DNA of 63,149 bases, the filler included, from Rhabdomonas costata (Eukaryota), in the NCBI GenBank assembly GCA_019059605.1. It is 44 parts of 44 records of this genome, joined end to end, with 100 filler letters (N's around TTAATTAATTAA, not from the genome) between each part and the next. Parts side by side here need not be neighbours in the genome. Positions count along the whole stretch, not along the records: positions 51,755 to 53,091 come from JAHMHO010018968.1; positions 53,192 to 54,528 come from JAHMHO010018969.1; positions 54,629 to 55,965 come from JAHMHO010018970.1; positions 56,066 to 57,401 come from JAHMHO010018971.1; positions 57,502 to 58,838 come from JAHMHO010018972.1; positions 58,939 to 60,275 come from JAHMHO010018973.1; positions 60,376 to 61,712 come from JAHMHO010018974.1; positions 61,813 to 63,149 come from JAHMHO010018975.1; 36 more parts are not named here. One strand, given 5' to 3'. The notes beneath the pieces were generated by a model that saw only the letters and a program-made list of their open reading frames with translations, was not told the DNA's origin and did not search any database. The position numbers and the translations under genes were made by a program. Below are positions 51,655 to 63,149 of this stretch, in pieces (within the stretch, counting starts at the first letter, position 1; every line of letters begins with the position of its first letter).

Positions 51655-52817
51655 NNNNNNNNNNNNNNNNNNNNNNNNNNNNNNNNNNNNNNNNNNNNTT
51701 AATTAATTAANNNNNNNNNNNNNNNNNNNNNNNNNNNNNNNNNNNNNNNNNNNNGGTTTTTTTTCTTCCTTTTTTCCTTTTTAACTTTGGTCTCCCAGAG
51801 CATTTTTTGACCTGGATTCCGTTTGCTGTTGTTGGTCGTGCGAACTGCTGGATTGTCTGCGCGGGTGTGCTCCCTGCTTCATGCAAGCATGTTTCCGAAG
51901 TGGAGGCCATCGTATTACAAATCTCAGGGGGGCTGAGCAGGGCAAGGTGGAATTAACTTCCGCTTCGCCAAAACCGCGTCTTGCCAAAACTCAAGAATTT
52001 CAAGAAATATACATTGCTTCAGAAAAAGTCGAAAAAAAAATGCTTTTTTCTTTCGAAAAATTCGCAAAATTTTTCTGATTTATATGAAAATTCATCAAAT
52101 GAGTTGGTGCTTCAGTTCCAAGTGAGTTTATCTGCCGCGAGTGCGAACACCCTCCATCAGCGTTAGATGAGGACACCCTGAGTCCTGGTCTCGTTTACAG
52201 AGACAGAAACGAGACCCACTTACCTCGGTTGTAGAAGGTGAGATGAAGAAGCATTGAAGCTTTGCACTTTCTGAAGCCTGCGGGCCTTGGTAGGTCGCTC
52301 GGTGCGAGCTGGAGGGGATCGAATCCCTGGTTCGAAATGCCCGTTGCCCATTGCTGGAATGCCTGATTATCGCACATGTTACACAATGCAAGACGTGCTG
52401 CATCGTGCACCCCGAAAAAAGAAAGGCCCAATGAAACTCCGGGAGCCGCGCTTACAGGGATAACCACCATCACTGATCATTGAAAACTTGGGGAGCATTT
52501 TATGGGATGGTTGGAGCGTTCCCTGAATGAGAGAATATACAGAGAATATAGGTTTCATACGGAGTTGTCAGAACAGTTACGGGGTATAACAGGCTAGGGT
52601 TAGGAGAGTAAGTCTAACTGGATGGAGGTCCCTTCATATGATGGGTTAGGCTGCTCCCTCTCCACACTACTCAACGACACCCTGGATCCGCCTCTCCCTC
52701 CTCCGCTGCACTTGTCCCATCCGGTCCGCTGCTGCGCAACGGCCACGCAGTTGCAGAAGCGAAGCAGAGGAGAAAAACGCAAAATGAAATAGTCAGTTTC
52801 TTCTTCGTTGGATGCAG

Positions 52818-53091
52818 AACATCACTGGTGACCTATTTCGTCCCTTGCATTTGTTTTTCAAACGACCTATGTCGGGGCTGGACGGTGAGAAGCCTGTTCA
52901 CCCGACCTGGCGGCTGACCAGACTGTGGAGACTTGGGGCTACCCCCGAAGACAATGACCATACCCTCAGCAGAAAGAAAATTGCGGTCATGTTCCAGCTG
53001 GGATACCTGGCCAGCGTACTGCTGCTGACCCCCGTGATGGTCCTGCTGCTTTCCCGGGGCAGCGACCCCAACCACCCACACACACCCAACA
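52818..53091 (+). CDS. Membrane protein fragment, hypothetical
   Basis: Open frame ...LGATPEDNDHTLSRKKIAVMFQLGYLASVLLLTPVMVLLLSRG with one hydrophobic helix. Confidence 0.45.
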
Positions 53092-53403
53092 NNNNNNNNN
53101 NNNNNNNNNNNNNNNNNNNNNNNNNNNNNNNNNNNTTAATTAATTAANNNNNNNNNNNNNNNNNNNNNNNNNNNNNNNNNNNNNNNNNNNNGGGTGTGGG
53201 TTGAAATTAATTTAACTTTTGATGTGCCCTGCTTTTCTGAACCATATTCGTACATGTAACTATCCAGATGGATGACTGCCCTTTCGTATTCCCGTTTTCC
53301 GTTTTGTTACAAAACTCACGTATCCAAAAGTTGGTGAAATCCCGGTTCAGTCAGTCAGGTTGAGAGTGGAAGCCACTAGGCCCAAGCTCACTGCTGCGTT
53401 TAG

Positions 53404-53552
53404 ATTTCCTGCATACCCCGGGGGAAAGCTGGGCGGCCAGGAGCTGCTGGAGGAGGTTGCGGCGATGCTGCTCCTCTTCTTCGCGCTGCAGCCGATGCGC
53501 CAGCTCAAAATCATCCATCTGAGAAATGAGGGAGCGCCCCTGGAAACAGCGG
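53404..53552 (+). CDS. Candidate exon, hypothetical protein
   Basis: TAG| FPAYPGGKLGGQELLEEVAAMLLLFFALQPMRQLKIIHLRNEGAPLETA |GTAGTT, GC3-rich. Confidence 0.4.
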
Positions 53553-54786
53553 GTAGTTGTGGAAACACCGAAGGCTTTCGAGCAGACCCACTGAGGTTCA
53601 ATTAGAATGTAAGGTATGTTGGAAACTCAGCAAAAGGCATGTGGCGGTTTTCCATTCGAAGTCTTTTTGGCGCATATGCCTGGGCAGGTGACGTGTAATC
53701 AACCGCGAAAGTTTTCCGGGAGCGAGCAGGAAAATCGGTGACATACAGTTCCGTTAAGTGATTGAAGCGCCAAAGGCGCGATTTCTTTCTTTCGGTCCTT
53801 CTTTCTTACTTACTTACAGACTTTCTTTCTTTTAGGTGTGTTTTTCAAGCATTCGGGGATTTGACCGGCTGCTTGTGGAGAGGGGTACCTAAATTTCGAG
53901 TCTAACTTCGCCAAATGCTGCGGTGCAGATCTGAGTTTACAGGTAGGGTACCAGTCGACACGTTGTAGAGGCTTGCGATACTGCAACGCAACGACTGACT
54001 GCAACGACCGAACGCAACGACCGGAAAAACGTAAACGAGAAACCGATTTCCCGAGAAAAAGCAAACACAGGAAGCAGGGGGGAAGGAGAAGGGAAATACA
54101 TGGTTGTGGAAGAGATGAGCAGAAAGGGTGTTCATGGATTCAGTCATGCACTCATTCAATAACGCATTTAAACCAAGCCAACAGAACAGATGTAAATCTC
54201 TGCCAATTCCAACTCTGGGGGACCGAAAACAAAATCTAAGCGCTTCCGGCAAATATATGCCCTACCACATGGGGGCAATTTTTTTTGCTCGCTTGACAGC
54301 TGTTTCCTTTGCACAAACAATTTGTGCAGTGTGGAAAACGGGTTTACCCAACGCTCTTATTCCTCCCATTGCTCTTATTAGAAACTGTCCGGCGTTTGAG
54401 TTGTCGTTTGATAAAAACGCAACGCAAAAAAAGCCTTCTTCGCACTCCTCCTCCGACCTTCATTCAATCTCTTTGGAAAACGATGAGGCGATGAGAGTGG
54501 TCTAGGGACCTGAGGCTCCCCCACCACCNNNNNNNNNNNNNNNNNNNNNNNNNNNNNNNNNNNNNNNNNNNNTTAATTAATTAANNNNNNNNNNNNNNNN
54601 NNNNNNNNNNNNNNNNNNNNNNNNNNNNGTGCCTCCCATTTCCAGTGGGCCCTGTGGTCATGACTGAGGCTGGGGGTGAGGGTGGGTGCGTGGGTAAGGG
54701 AAGGTGGGTGTACCCTTCAACACCGCGTGAGCCATTTGCTGGCACCCCAATGTGAGCAGGGCAGCATCCGTCTCTGTGAGGGGGAC

Positions 54787-55841
54787 CTGTCCGGCCCATG
54801 GCCCGTCCGGGAATAGTTCACCCCGAACATCCTGAAAATCAACACAGACGTACACCCAAGCCAAGCCAAGTCAACCACCAACGCTGCCCTGGGTGCGCGA
54901 CTGCTCCTCCCCAATCTTCTGCTTCGGCGGAGTAATTGTTTCGGAGGACCAAGTGTTGGTGAGTACCATGTGAGAAAACACATCCTCTGCAAATTTTTGG
55001 GAGTGGAAAAAACACACAGAGCTTGGAGGAAGGCACCTGCATGACTGCCTTGCATCCGTCGGCGGTGATCAAGTTTCTGCGAGAAAAGGAGAGGAGAGGC
55101 TGAAGAGGGCATTGCTTGAGAAAGGGCAAGGAATCCAGGAGAAACCAGTGTGAACAGCATGTCACGTGCGACGGAGGGGATCCAAACCACAAGTTTACGA
55201 GTTACGGTGATTCGCGCTTTACTTCTCGGAGCTTGACCTCAGGCTCATTGAGGTACTTGGGGGCGTCCTGTGGTACAGCGCGAAATGTATTTTTTCAGCA
55301 GAATCGAATCAGGTGAGAATGCTCTCTCCTGTGCATCTCAGGGAGGAACCTCTCTCGCGTCGAACCGTTGCTACCCCTTTCTCCTCAATTCCCTAACGAG
55401 TCCCTGTGGTTTCGAAAGTATGTGATAACACCTGTCATATTTGCACAAAAAAGATTCTTGAGGTTGTGAAGTGTGACGTATAGCAGACTTCATTTCATTA
55501 AACGGGCTACTATCAGGTCCGAATTGCACGTTTCACACGAAAAACCCACTGACAGGGAGAACTGCCAAAACCCTCGCTCATCCGAAAACCCGCTCTTTTA
55601 TTCAAAAAAGCCATCCAAAGTTAATGCAATTATGTGCAAAAGAGGAACAGAAATTAGACCAGCCCTGTGCGAATGAACCAGTCATGAATCGGATAAGAAG
55701 ATTCGCGCAACGGGGAAACGCTAATCCATAAAACTCCCCAAACCCGTCGCCATCAAACAGCAACAGGGTTGGAATGCTGTTCAGCCCATAGGCCTTCATC
55801 ACGGAGGTTCCAGGATACGGGGCTAGCAGCCAGGGCATCTC
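54787..55841 (-). CDS. Nucleoredoxin/tryparedoxin-like thioredoxin-fold protein, C-terminal part; exons 55841-55744, 55076-55037, 54831-~54787
   Basis: Spliced EMPWLLAPYPGTSVMKAYGLNSIPTLLLFDGDG/NLITADGCKAVMQ/DVRGELFPDGPW shows the MPW, IPTL and D-x-x-G-x-x-FP motifs; phases agree across two GT-AG introns. The CxxC active site is not in this contig. Confidence 0.82.
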
Positions 55842-56066
55842 CTGTACAAAGCAAACACAAGCGCACAAGCAGTATACAAAGAATAAATACATGAAAAAAA
55901 AGGGAGCTATCCATGCGCTTGCTCACGTGCCTGTCTGAGTTTTGTGCAGCAGATATCTACACAAANNNNNNNNNNNNNNNNNNNNNNNNNNNNNNNNNNN
56001 NNNNNNNNNTTAATTAATTAANNNNNNNNNNNNNNNNNNNNNNNNNNNNNNNNNNNNNNNNNNNNG

Positions 56067-56207
56067 TTTTGGGATGTGGGTACATGGAGCATGCCTGCCG
56101 AAGTCTCCTCCTTATTATTGTGTGCATCGGGGGTCCCTGTCGGGCGCAGCACAGAATAATAAGGAGGAGACTTCGGCAGGCATGCTCCATGTACCCACAT
56201 CCCAAAA
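56067..56207. repeat. Contig-terminal fold-back (53-bp arms)
   Basis: 56067-56119 is the reverse complement of 56155-56207. Confidence 0.92.
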
Positions 56208-58450
56208 TCAGGTTATTTTTCAAACAAGCCGTCGGAACCGAGACTGCCGCTTCTTTGCTCTCACTCTGAAGGTTTCTGAATGCAGATGAATTGGAATATC
56301 GCTAGCGACACGCTTGTTTTGCCCACTCAACGGTCGGTGACCACGCCTTGCCAAGAGGATCCAAGGCGACTGAATGGAGCTTGGTTTGTGGTGATAGTGG
56401 TGGTGGTGGTAAAGGAGGGACGAGAAAAGAGTGGGGAACATTCCCCAACGACAAACGTCTGCCATCGCCAGCACACATCTTTCAGCCCACCTGCCCCGAC
56501 CTGCAATAGGGGAGTTCAACCAAGAAGCAGATTTTGAGCTTTCTCGGCTTTTTTTTTTCCCGAGTTGTGGACGTCCTGGAGAATGTTTTCCATGAATTGT
56601 ACACACATTTCAAATTTCCGAGACCATCCGAAGTCACAAGGCTGCAGGGCAGACCTTCAGGATAGGTGACACCTCCTCCTCAAAGGTGGGTATCCTCTCC
56701 GGGATGTCCTCTGTGAACGAATCCATGGGGAGACGGTTGGCGGAATCCCCGCGTCACTTCCACAAAAATCCTACGCACCTGACTTCCCCAAGATTCCAAA
56801 CCACCACACACTACAAGAAACCCTCGCCACCTTACGCAAACATTTACTCTCATCACCAACGGGGGCCACGTGCTTTCCTCATGCCCGGTGCGGTAGACGT
56901 GGCACCATTTCACCAGCAGTCGTCGGGTGCGTGTGCGTGTACACGCGCCCAAATCGTTGCGCAAAGACCAAAGGTGGAAAGGAATTGCTGCCACTTTCTA
57001 TGTGCTTTCAATTTCAACTAGACATTTCAAACCTGATATTTTATAATATATTGTTTATTTGCGTACTTTTTGTGAAAAAAAATGCGGGATTATTTTTGTA
57101 TAAAAACTCCTCATTCGTAAAACGACTTTTGCACTTTCCACAAAACACGCTTTGCAGCTGGCAGCAGAAGGAACTTCATCTAATTCCTGGGAAAGACAAA
57201 GCCGTGGGGGCCGCTGGAGGGAGTGAGGAGCGATGCCTTGGGCCATGCTCCGCTGCAGCGACCGTCAGCCCCACGCACGCGGAGAATCTGACGAGCGAGC
57301 ACAGAACCCCACACACAGAACAGAAAAGAAAGCAATCCAAAACAACAACTCAGAGCAGTGACTCTGCAGGATAGCAGATAAGAGCTCTGCAAACCAAAAC
57401 CNNNNNNNNNNNNNNNNNNNNNNNNNNNNNNNNNNNNNNNNNNNNTTAATTAATTAANNNNNNNNNNNNNNNNNNNNNNNNNNNNNNNNNNNNNNNNNNN
57501 NGGTGTGGTGTGTAAAACTGGTTAGGCCACCAATCCAAATACCAACCGGTGGTAGGTATTGGGGACGCAACGGACTCACCAAAAACATACAGTGAAAATG
57601 CAAATAAGTGCCAATTAAGGCAAAGAAGGAAAAGAAAGTGCAACGCAAGCCCATGGGTCAATTTTATAGCAATTCTGGATTCTCAGACCACCTCATGCAG
57701 GCTGACGAGGAAGTAAACGGGGAAGCTTGCACAGCAAAATGTTGTTCTGCCACAGAAAAACACAGGATTTGCGCGGACCTCGCTCATTGGGGAAGACTTG
57801 TACACGTACATTCCCTTGCCATTCTTTTTGCCTTCCCAGTACTGTCCTTCGTAGGTGTCCCCGTTGGGGTAAATGGCCTTGCCTTCTCCTGAGCGTCAGA
57901 AAACAGCGTCCGGTGACTTCAGAAGGACGGATGCCCACCAGAACAGGTGACAGCTGTTCTCGAAATGGAACGGACAAACCGAAAACAGGGAATGGACGCT
58001 GGAAATCCGTTGCAAAAACTAACTGCTGAGCCCCCAAACAGGGTGAAATCTTTGAGTACACAGCAGGCATCCCCGAAACGCTGCCTACCCGCGAATTTGC
58101 GAATTTGGCCACAAACGAACTGGCCACAAAAATTCCCTTTCCACCCCTTTTCACCCTCAACCAGCTGGTGGTAACCTTGACGACTCTTTCGCCCCGCAAA
58201 GTTCACTCACTCAACAAAAAAAATGTTTTAACGGTAAGTCCTAAACCATCATGCGAAAGTGGCCAAGCCGACCAGCTGGAATGAAGAGAAGAGAAGAACG
58301 CTGAAGCAACAGCACTCAGAAAGACACACACGTAGCAGCATACACACGCAGGCTTACAAAAACACCCTCAGCCAATAGGTAGGCCAACCCTTTTTTGTTG
58401 GGCAGTTGAAACGTTGAACAGGACGGAAGGGGTGGTCGAGAACCGACAAC

Positions 58451-58819
58451 CTGTCCGTTGGTTGAACTCGTCCCGGTCACCCGCGTAGATTCCCAGCGTC
58501 ACCACAGCCTTAACTCGCGCGGGATCATAGTTCGACTCCGCAGCAAAAGCCTCACCCCATTCGTCGGGCTCCTCTGAACCAAAAACGAGGACGGGAACCA
58601 CCACATGCACCTAACCCAAGTCAACCAAACGAACGGTGTCAAAACGGGGTCTAAGGAAGAAAAGCACACAACACCTCTTTCATCTTCCGGTTTTTCCAGA
58701 ACCGCCGCGCTGAATGCCGTCCAAATTTTGTGTTCGATCTTCTTGAACCCTGTTTCCAGGTCGAGCTCGTCATAATCCACTCCAGGCTTTTCCACCACGG
58801 CCTCTTCCTCTTCTTGCGG
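58451..58819 (-). CDS. Acidic hypothetical protein, exons 58819-58675 and 58573-58451
   Basis: PQEEEEAVVEKPGVDYDELDLETGFKKIEHKIWTAFSAAVLEKPEDER joined in phase 1 to EEPDEWGEAFAAESNYDPARVKAVVTLGIYAGDRDEFNQRT across a 101-nt GT-AG intron. Confidence 0.6.
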
Positions 58820-58992
58820 CTGCGGAAACAAAAAAACCNNNNNNNNNNNNNNNNNNNNNNNNNNNNNNNNNNNNNNNNNNNNTTAATTAATTAANNNNNN
58901 NNNNNNNNNNNNNNNNNNNNNNNNNNNNNNNNNNNNNNGTGCTGGGTGTGTTTGGGGGGTGGTGGGTAACCACTCCTTGCAGGTCCGATCCT

Positions 58993-59078
58993 TCCTGGAT
59001 GGGGTTTCACTCTTTGATTTGGGGAAGTCCCTGGATGGGGTTTCCTGGGGTTTCCCTCTTTGATTCTGGGGAAAGTCG
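58993..59078. repeat. Degenerate direct repeat
   Basis: CCTGGATGGGGTTTC...CTCTTTGATT(C)TGGGGAA(A)GTC occurs twice with an internal insertion. Confidence 0.7.
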
Positions 59079-59412
59079 ACTCTCTCTTCTTGGGATACGG
59101 TTTCTCTTCGCCTTTTCTCCTCATTCATTACTTCGTGAATGATTGCGCGAGCACAGGACTCCAGTTAAGGTCTCAATCATTGACCGACATTTCCAACTGC
59201 GGTGCCAGTAATCGCACGATAAATTTGACATTGTGGAGATTGGGATGGCGTATGCCTCACTCTGCTGATGTGTGATGTTGTTCATCCTTGTGACACGAAA
59301 TTGTGTGCCAGTCATGAGAGCTTAATGGCGTCACAAGAATTTCTCTTCCCAGCGAAGTGGTCATGATGGTGGGCTGTGTTGGTGGTGCGCTCCCTGCCGC
59401 CTTGCTGCGCAG

Positions 59413-60151
59413 GTTCTGGAACTGCTTTCAACTGGGCTGAGGGCCAGTGAGGTGACGCTGCTGGCCGAGGGGCTGGCCGCGAATCCCTTGATCCATGCCG
59501 TCAATGTGAACAACAACCAGATATCCGACGAGGGGGTGTTCGCGCTTATGAAGGTCCTCGAGGCCAACACCGCGGTCTCCACGCTGGGCCTGCGGAGGTG
59601 TGGAGCCCGGCCGTTGCAATGGTGGTGTGGGTGTTAGGAAGAGATTGCAAGTGAAGAGCGTTTTGTTTGACTTAGGGCATGGAGAGTGCACACTGAAAAT
59701 ACCTGGGACTGAGGAAATGACCGGAAAGCTGACTCCAGGTTGGTGCGCAAAGAACCAATCACAGTCCACAGTGGTGCCCCCATTCCCACAAACCACCGAC
59801 ATGTTGCTGAGCCAGTTTTCAGGTTGAGCTTGTTTTTGGTATGTCTTCACCGAGTTTCATATTTGGCTTTCCCATCTAGCAATGGGATTGGTCCCTTGGG
59901 CGCCGCGGCGATCAGCCGGGCCCTAGAGCTGAACTCCGGTCTCACGGGGGTGGACCTGGGCTCGAACCAGATCGGCAGCGAGGGCGCGGGGGCGCTCTCA
60001 CAGGCCCTCTCCGGTAAGGCCCGGCTGACCAGCCTGGACTTGCACTGCAATGAGATTCAGGAGGCCGGGGTGTGCGCCCTTGGACACGCCTTGCTTGGCA
60101 ACACTACTCTGGTGCACCTGGACATCTCCAGCAACTTCTGCAGGAATCCTG
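59413..60151 (+). CDS. RNI-like leucine-rich repeat protein, partial, exons 59413-59597 and 59880-60151
   Basis: 28-residue LRRs (NNNQISDEGVFAL, SNGIGPLGAAAI, DLGSNQIGSEGAGAL, LDLHCNEIQEAG, LDISSN); intron AG|GTGTGG...CTAG|C. Confidence 0.92.
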
Positions 60152-61248
60152 GTGCGCGCACTGTCTCCTCCCACCACAGCGCTTTTCCTCCGCCCTTCCC
60201 TTGAACTTCTCTCTTGAGCAACCCCCAGATGATTCCTCTGATCCTGAAGCCCTTCATCACAGATAAACAAACAAANNNNNNNNNNNNNNNNNNNNNNNNN
60301 NNNNNNNNNNNNNNNNNNNTTAATTAATTAANNNNNNNNNNNNNNNNNNNNNNNNNNNNNNNNNNNNNNNNNNNNGTGTTGGGTGTGGTTGGGGGTGTGG
60401 GGGTCGAGTTTCAGCTTAACCCCATTTTTTTCAGCCCCATTTCGCCGCATCAGGACGGTCGGAATGCCAGTCTCAAGGCTCTGAGGCGCACGGCTTCCCC
60501 CACACACACACACACACGCACACACACACTTTCCCGAAGGGGATGGGGCTCTGTTTCTTCGAATTTTTGCCCGCTGCACCCTTCAGTTTTCTGGTGAATC
60601 TTTCGCCTTTTTTTCACCGCCCTAAAAAAGCCTCAAAAAACACCAAAACGCAGTTTGAATACCGAACGTGCAGCGTGAAAAAGGCGTTAGCTGCCGCACT
60701 CGTGATAAATCAAAACGGGAATAGCCCGAAGGAAGCGAGCGATCTCGGGTTTGGTTCAACCACTGTGCCCACACAATAAAAACTGCGAAAAAAAAAAGGC
60801 TCAGCGAGCCCACCTCCACGGCTCGCCCTCCGCTCCGGTTCCAGCAGTCTCTACCGATTTTAACTGGAGCCGGGATGATCAGCTGGGCCGACTTCGGTAC
60901 TTTTCCGCCACCCCATGTTTTTCTTGGCCACATTGTGTCTCTTTCTGTCGTTCTCTCGTTGTTGTGTGCGCAACTTCTCGGGAGGGGAGCTAAAGATGAC
61001 GTCTAGGAGAAGGGGGGAATGAGAGAGAGCAGAGGAGTTCCGGAAGCCCCCTTCCAAAGCGGGTCGCTTCGGGGCCATTGCTCACCAAAAAGTTCGATTC
61101 TTCTCCTTTCCCCTAACCCCTCACGGGAAAAAAGAACCCCACGGTCACCTGTCTGAGAGCGTCCGCTCAGGGTTGTTTGGGAACCTCGGGCATCCTCCCT
61201 GCACCCCACATCCAGGCCTCTCAGCTCACTGCGTTCTGTTCTTCTCAG

Positions 61249-61337
61249 ACGGGGATGGCGACATGGATATAGTGATGCCGGTACAGTTCCAGGGGCGGTG
61301 GCGCTACGTAGTGGTCCTCCTCAACACCCAGGACAAG
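61249..61337 (+). CDS. FG-GAP/VCBS-like repeat exon
   Basis: DGDGDMDIVM...VVVLLN Ca-binding blade motif; bounded by TCAG| and AAG|GTACAC. Confidence 0.65.
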
Positions 61338-61819
61338 GTACACCCCCCACCCGCCCACGCAGGCGCACATTATATGCACAGACGCTCGCTCACTTACGCA
61401 GAATCCATCTGAAGCTGTGATGAAGAACGTCTTCTATTTGGAAGGGGGGACTACATTGCGGCTTGGCTTTCCCCAGATGAAGCACTCACAGTTTTGGCTT
61501 CCACTATGGCTCACTGTGCTGATTTTTTCTTCGTTTTTTCCTCTTCCTTCAGGGAGTGATTCTTTTTTTCCTTCTGTTCGTCAAAACAAAACATAGGACA
61601 CCTGTCCCAGCTCCGAGGGTTGCTGCCGCCGTGCCGGGTTCCAGTTTCGCACCCTGCCCAGCGACGCCGACCCGGCGACAATCCGCGGCTTAGGCCCGCG
61701 TCCCCACCCCCCNNNNNNNNNNNNNNNNNNNNNNNNNNNNNNNNNNNNNNNNNNNNTTAATTAATTAANNNNNNNNNNNNNNNNNNNNNNNNNNNNNNNN
61801 NNNNNNNNNNNNTTGTTTG

Positions 61820-61903
61820 TTGAGCACTCAGGATATCAGGATTTCTAAAAATCAAGCTCCAAGGGCGTCGTTTTTTAGAAATCCTGATATCCTGAGTGCT
61901 CAA
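61820..61903. repeat. Contig-terminal fold-back (32-bp arms)
   Basis: 61820-61851 is the reverse complement of 61872-61903. Confidence 0.9.
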
Positions 61904-63149
61904 TTAACCCAAACTGCATCTAAATTCCGCTCAAATGCCCCAAATGCAGAAGAAGGAAGCTCTGTTATGTTAAACCAGGTTCGGCGAAGCTCTGGTGCCG
62001 CGCAGTGGGTGGCCCAGAGCAAGCATGGGTCCCATAAGTAGGCTGGTCCCCACACACAAAACGTACACAAAGTTACCGTCGCTCATCGAAAAGTCAAATC
62101 AAGTATTATTGACCATTTCGTCAGAAAAAGCCATAAAGTCGCTCCTGCAGAAATCCTATTTAGCTCATTTTAACCTTATACACTTCATAATTGAGGCATG
62201 TTTTTTTGTAAATGAAGCACATTTTTTTCTTATATTGTGTTATTTTTTGTGAACAGATATTTTTATCTTGAGTTGTTTTTGAGTGACTTTCTTTACAGTT
62301 GGGGGATCATTAGGATTAGGGTTTGGGGTCATAGCTGGAGGACTAGGGTTTGTACATCATCGCACAGTCAACGTCAGATACACTGGGCATTGACGACATT
62401 CTCAACTGAGCCCCTTTGCTTAGAATTTTCATGAAGGGCTTCTTTTGCACAAGCATTTTGCTAACAAGTTGAATGTGTGTAGCGACCTCTCTCGTGCCAC
62501 CGTATCTCTTCCTCTGCAGGAAGGATCTTTTTTGTTTTGAATTGAGACAGGGGGAAGTGTTCTCTCCGTCTTGCCCATCCCAAGCCACTTGGCTCTGCAA
62601 ACAAGTGTATGCAATCAGTTTCACTCTGACTTCAGAGAGCAAAAGGACCGTGGCTGTTGGGAACGCAGAAATTAGTTAGAAAGAGCCCAGAAACGTTTGC
62701 GCTGAACTTTTCACCGCCGTTTAGAGCCTTCTTCGCTATTCGCGCCGAAAGCACCATTTACGCCCTCCAGCAAGCCGTTCACCCTAGGCCTGCACAGGAG
62801 CAGGCTGCCCTGAGAAAGAAAAGCTCGCAGTCGTGTGAGTTTCAGATTTTACTACGGAGTAGGTGGTGGGCGGGGGGCGAATGTGCAACCGCAGACCCAA
62901 AGAACGCGTTGAAAAAACAATGAAAAATCATGAAACAATGCAGAAATGCAGAAAAAACTGCATTTCAAGCCAAGGTTCGCCTCGGGTCGATTCACAACAA
63001 CTTTCCAATTTTACAAGGCGCAGTAAAAGCGGAACCCGCACAGGCATCATTGGCCTCGGCACAGCCCTTTGGCGTCTGCACAAGACGCAGTGCCTACTAT
63101 ACTATAAACCAAAAGTCCTCAGGAGAAACGCGGTTTTTGACCACAAAAC

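Larger units (their letters stand above)
1338..61812. other. 43 artificial 100-bp contig-joining spacers (N44-TTAATTAATTAA-N44), first at 1338-1437, last at 61713-61812, separating 44 contigs
   Basis: Identical spacer recurs about every 1437 bp; the 12-mer puts stop codons in all six frames; contigs between are 1334-1343 bp. Confidence 0.99.

Noticed and set aside
52302..52376. tRNA-like segment on the minus strand (GTGCGA...GGGATTCGATCCCCT...TCGCAC, about 75 nt)
   Set aside because: No recognisable D-arm or anticodon arm, and T-arm spacing is wrong; at most a decayed tRNA-derived sequence. tRNAscan-SE would settle it.
727..61122. Scattered CCTAACCC/GGGTTAGG telomere-like words
   Set aside because: Single copies only, with no tandem telomeric array; some belong to the intronic repeat noted above.
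1382..61768. TTAATTAATTAA repeated at a regular ~1.44-kb period, resembling an array
   Set aside because: Always embedded in N runs; it is an artificial six-frame stop linker. ORFs ending in X...LIN are artefacts of it.

Overview
This window is not a contiguous locus. It is a concatenation of 44 unrelated short contigs (1334-1343 bp each, apparently length-sorted) joined by 43 artificial 100-bp spacers (N44-TTAATTAATTAA-N44). Most contigs start G/T-rich and end A/C-rich, and seven carry terminal fold-back repeats, which points to whole-genome-amplified DNA. The source is an intron-rich eukaryote with short exons and GT(GC)-AG introns of about 100-800 nt. A protist of the Discoba/Euglenozoa (euglenid-like) is my inference, not something demonstrated. 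Recognisable partial genes: class II xylose isomerase, SPT4, FAD glycerol-3-phosphate dehydrogenase, ABCG/PDR transporter, a lesioned eEF3-like ABC ATPase, a mucolipin channel, a two-component receiver domain, a nucleoredoxin/tryparedoxin-like protein, plus RRM, ankyrin, LRR, kelch-like, EF-hand, SET-like, FG-GAP and cyclase-associated fragments. Most ORFs in the supplied track are spurious or run into introns or spacers. I found no rRNA, CRISPR array, operon or convincing tRNA. Neighbourhood across spacers is meaningless, so no multi-gene system can be supported. The best leads are a pair of duplicated 87-nt symmetric exons, the intron-containing xylose isomerase, the eEF3-like copy with three lesions, a degenerate SET domain, relaxed splice signals and an intronic MITE-like repeat family.
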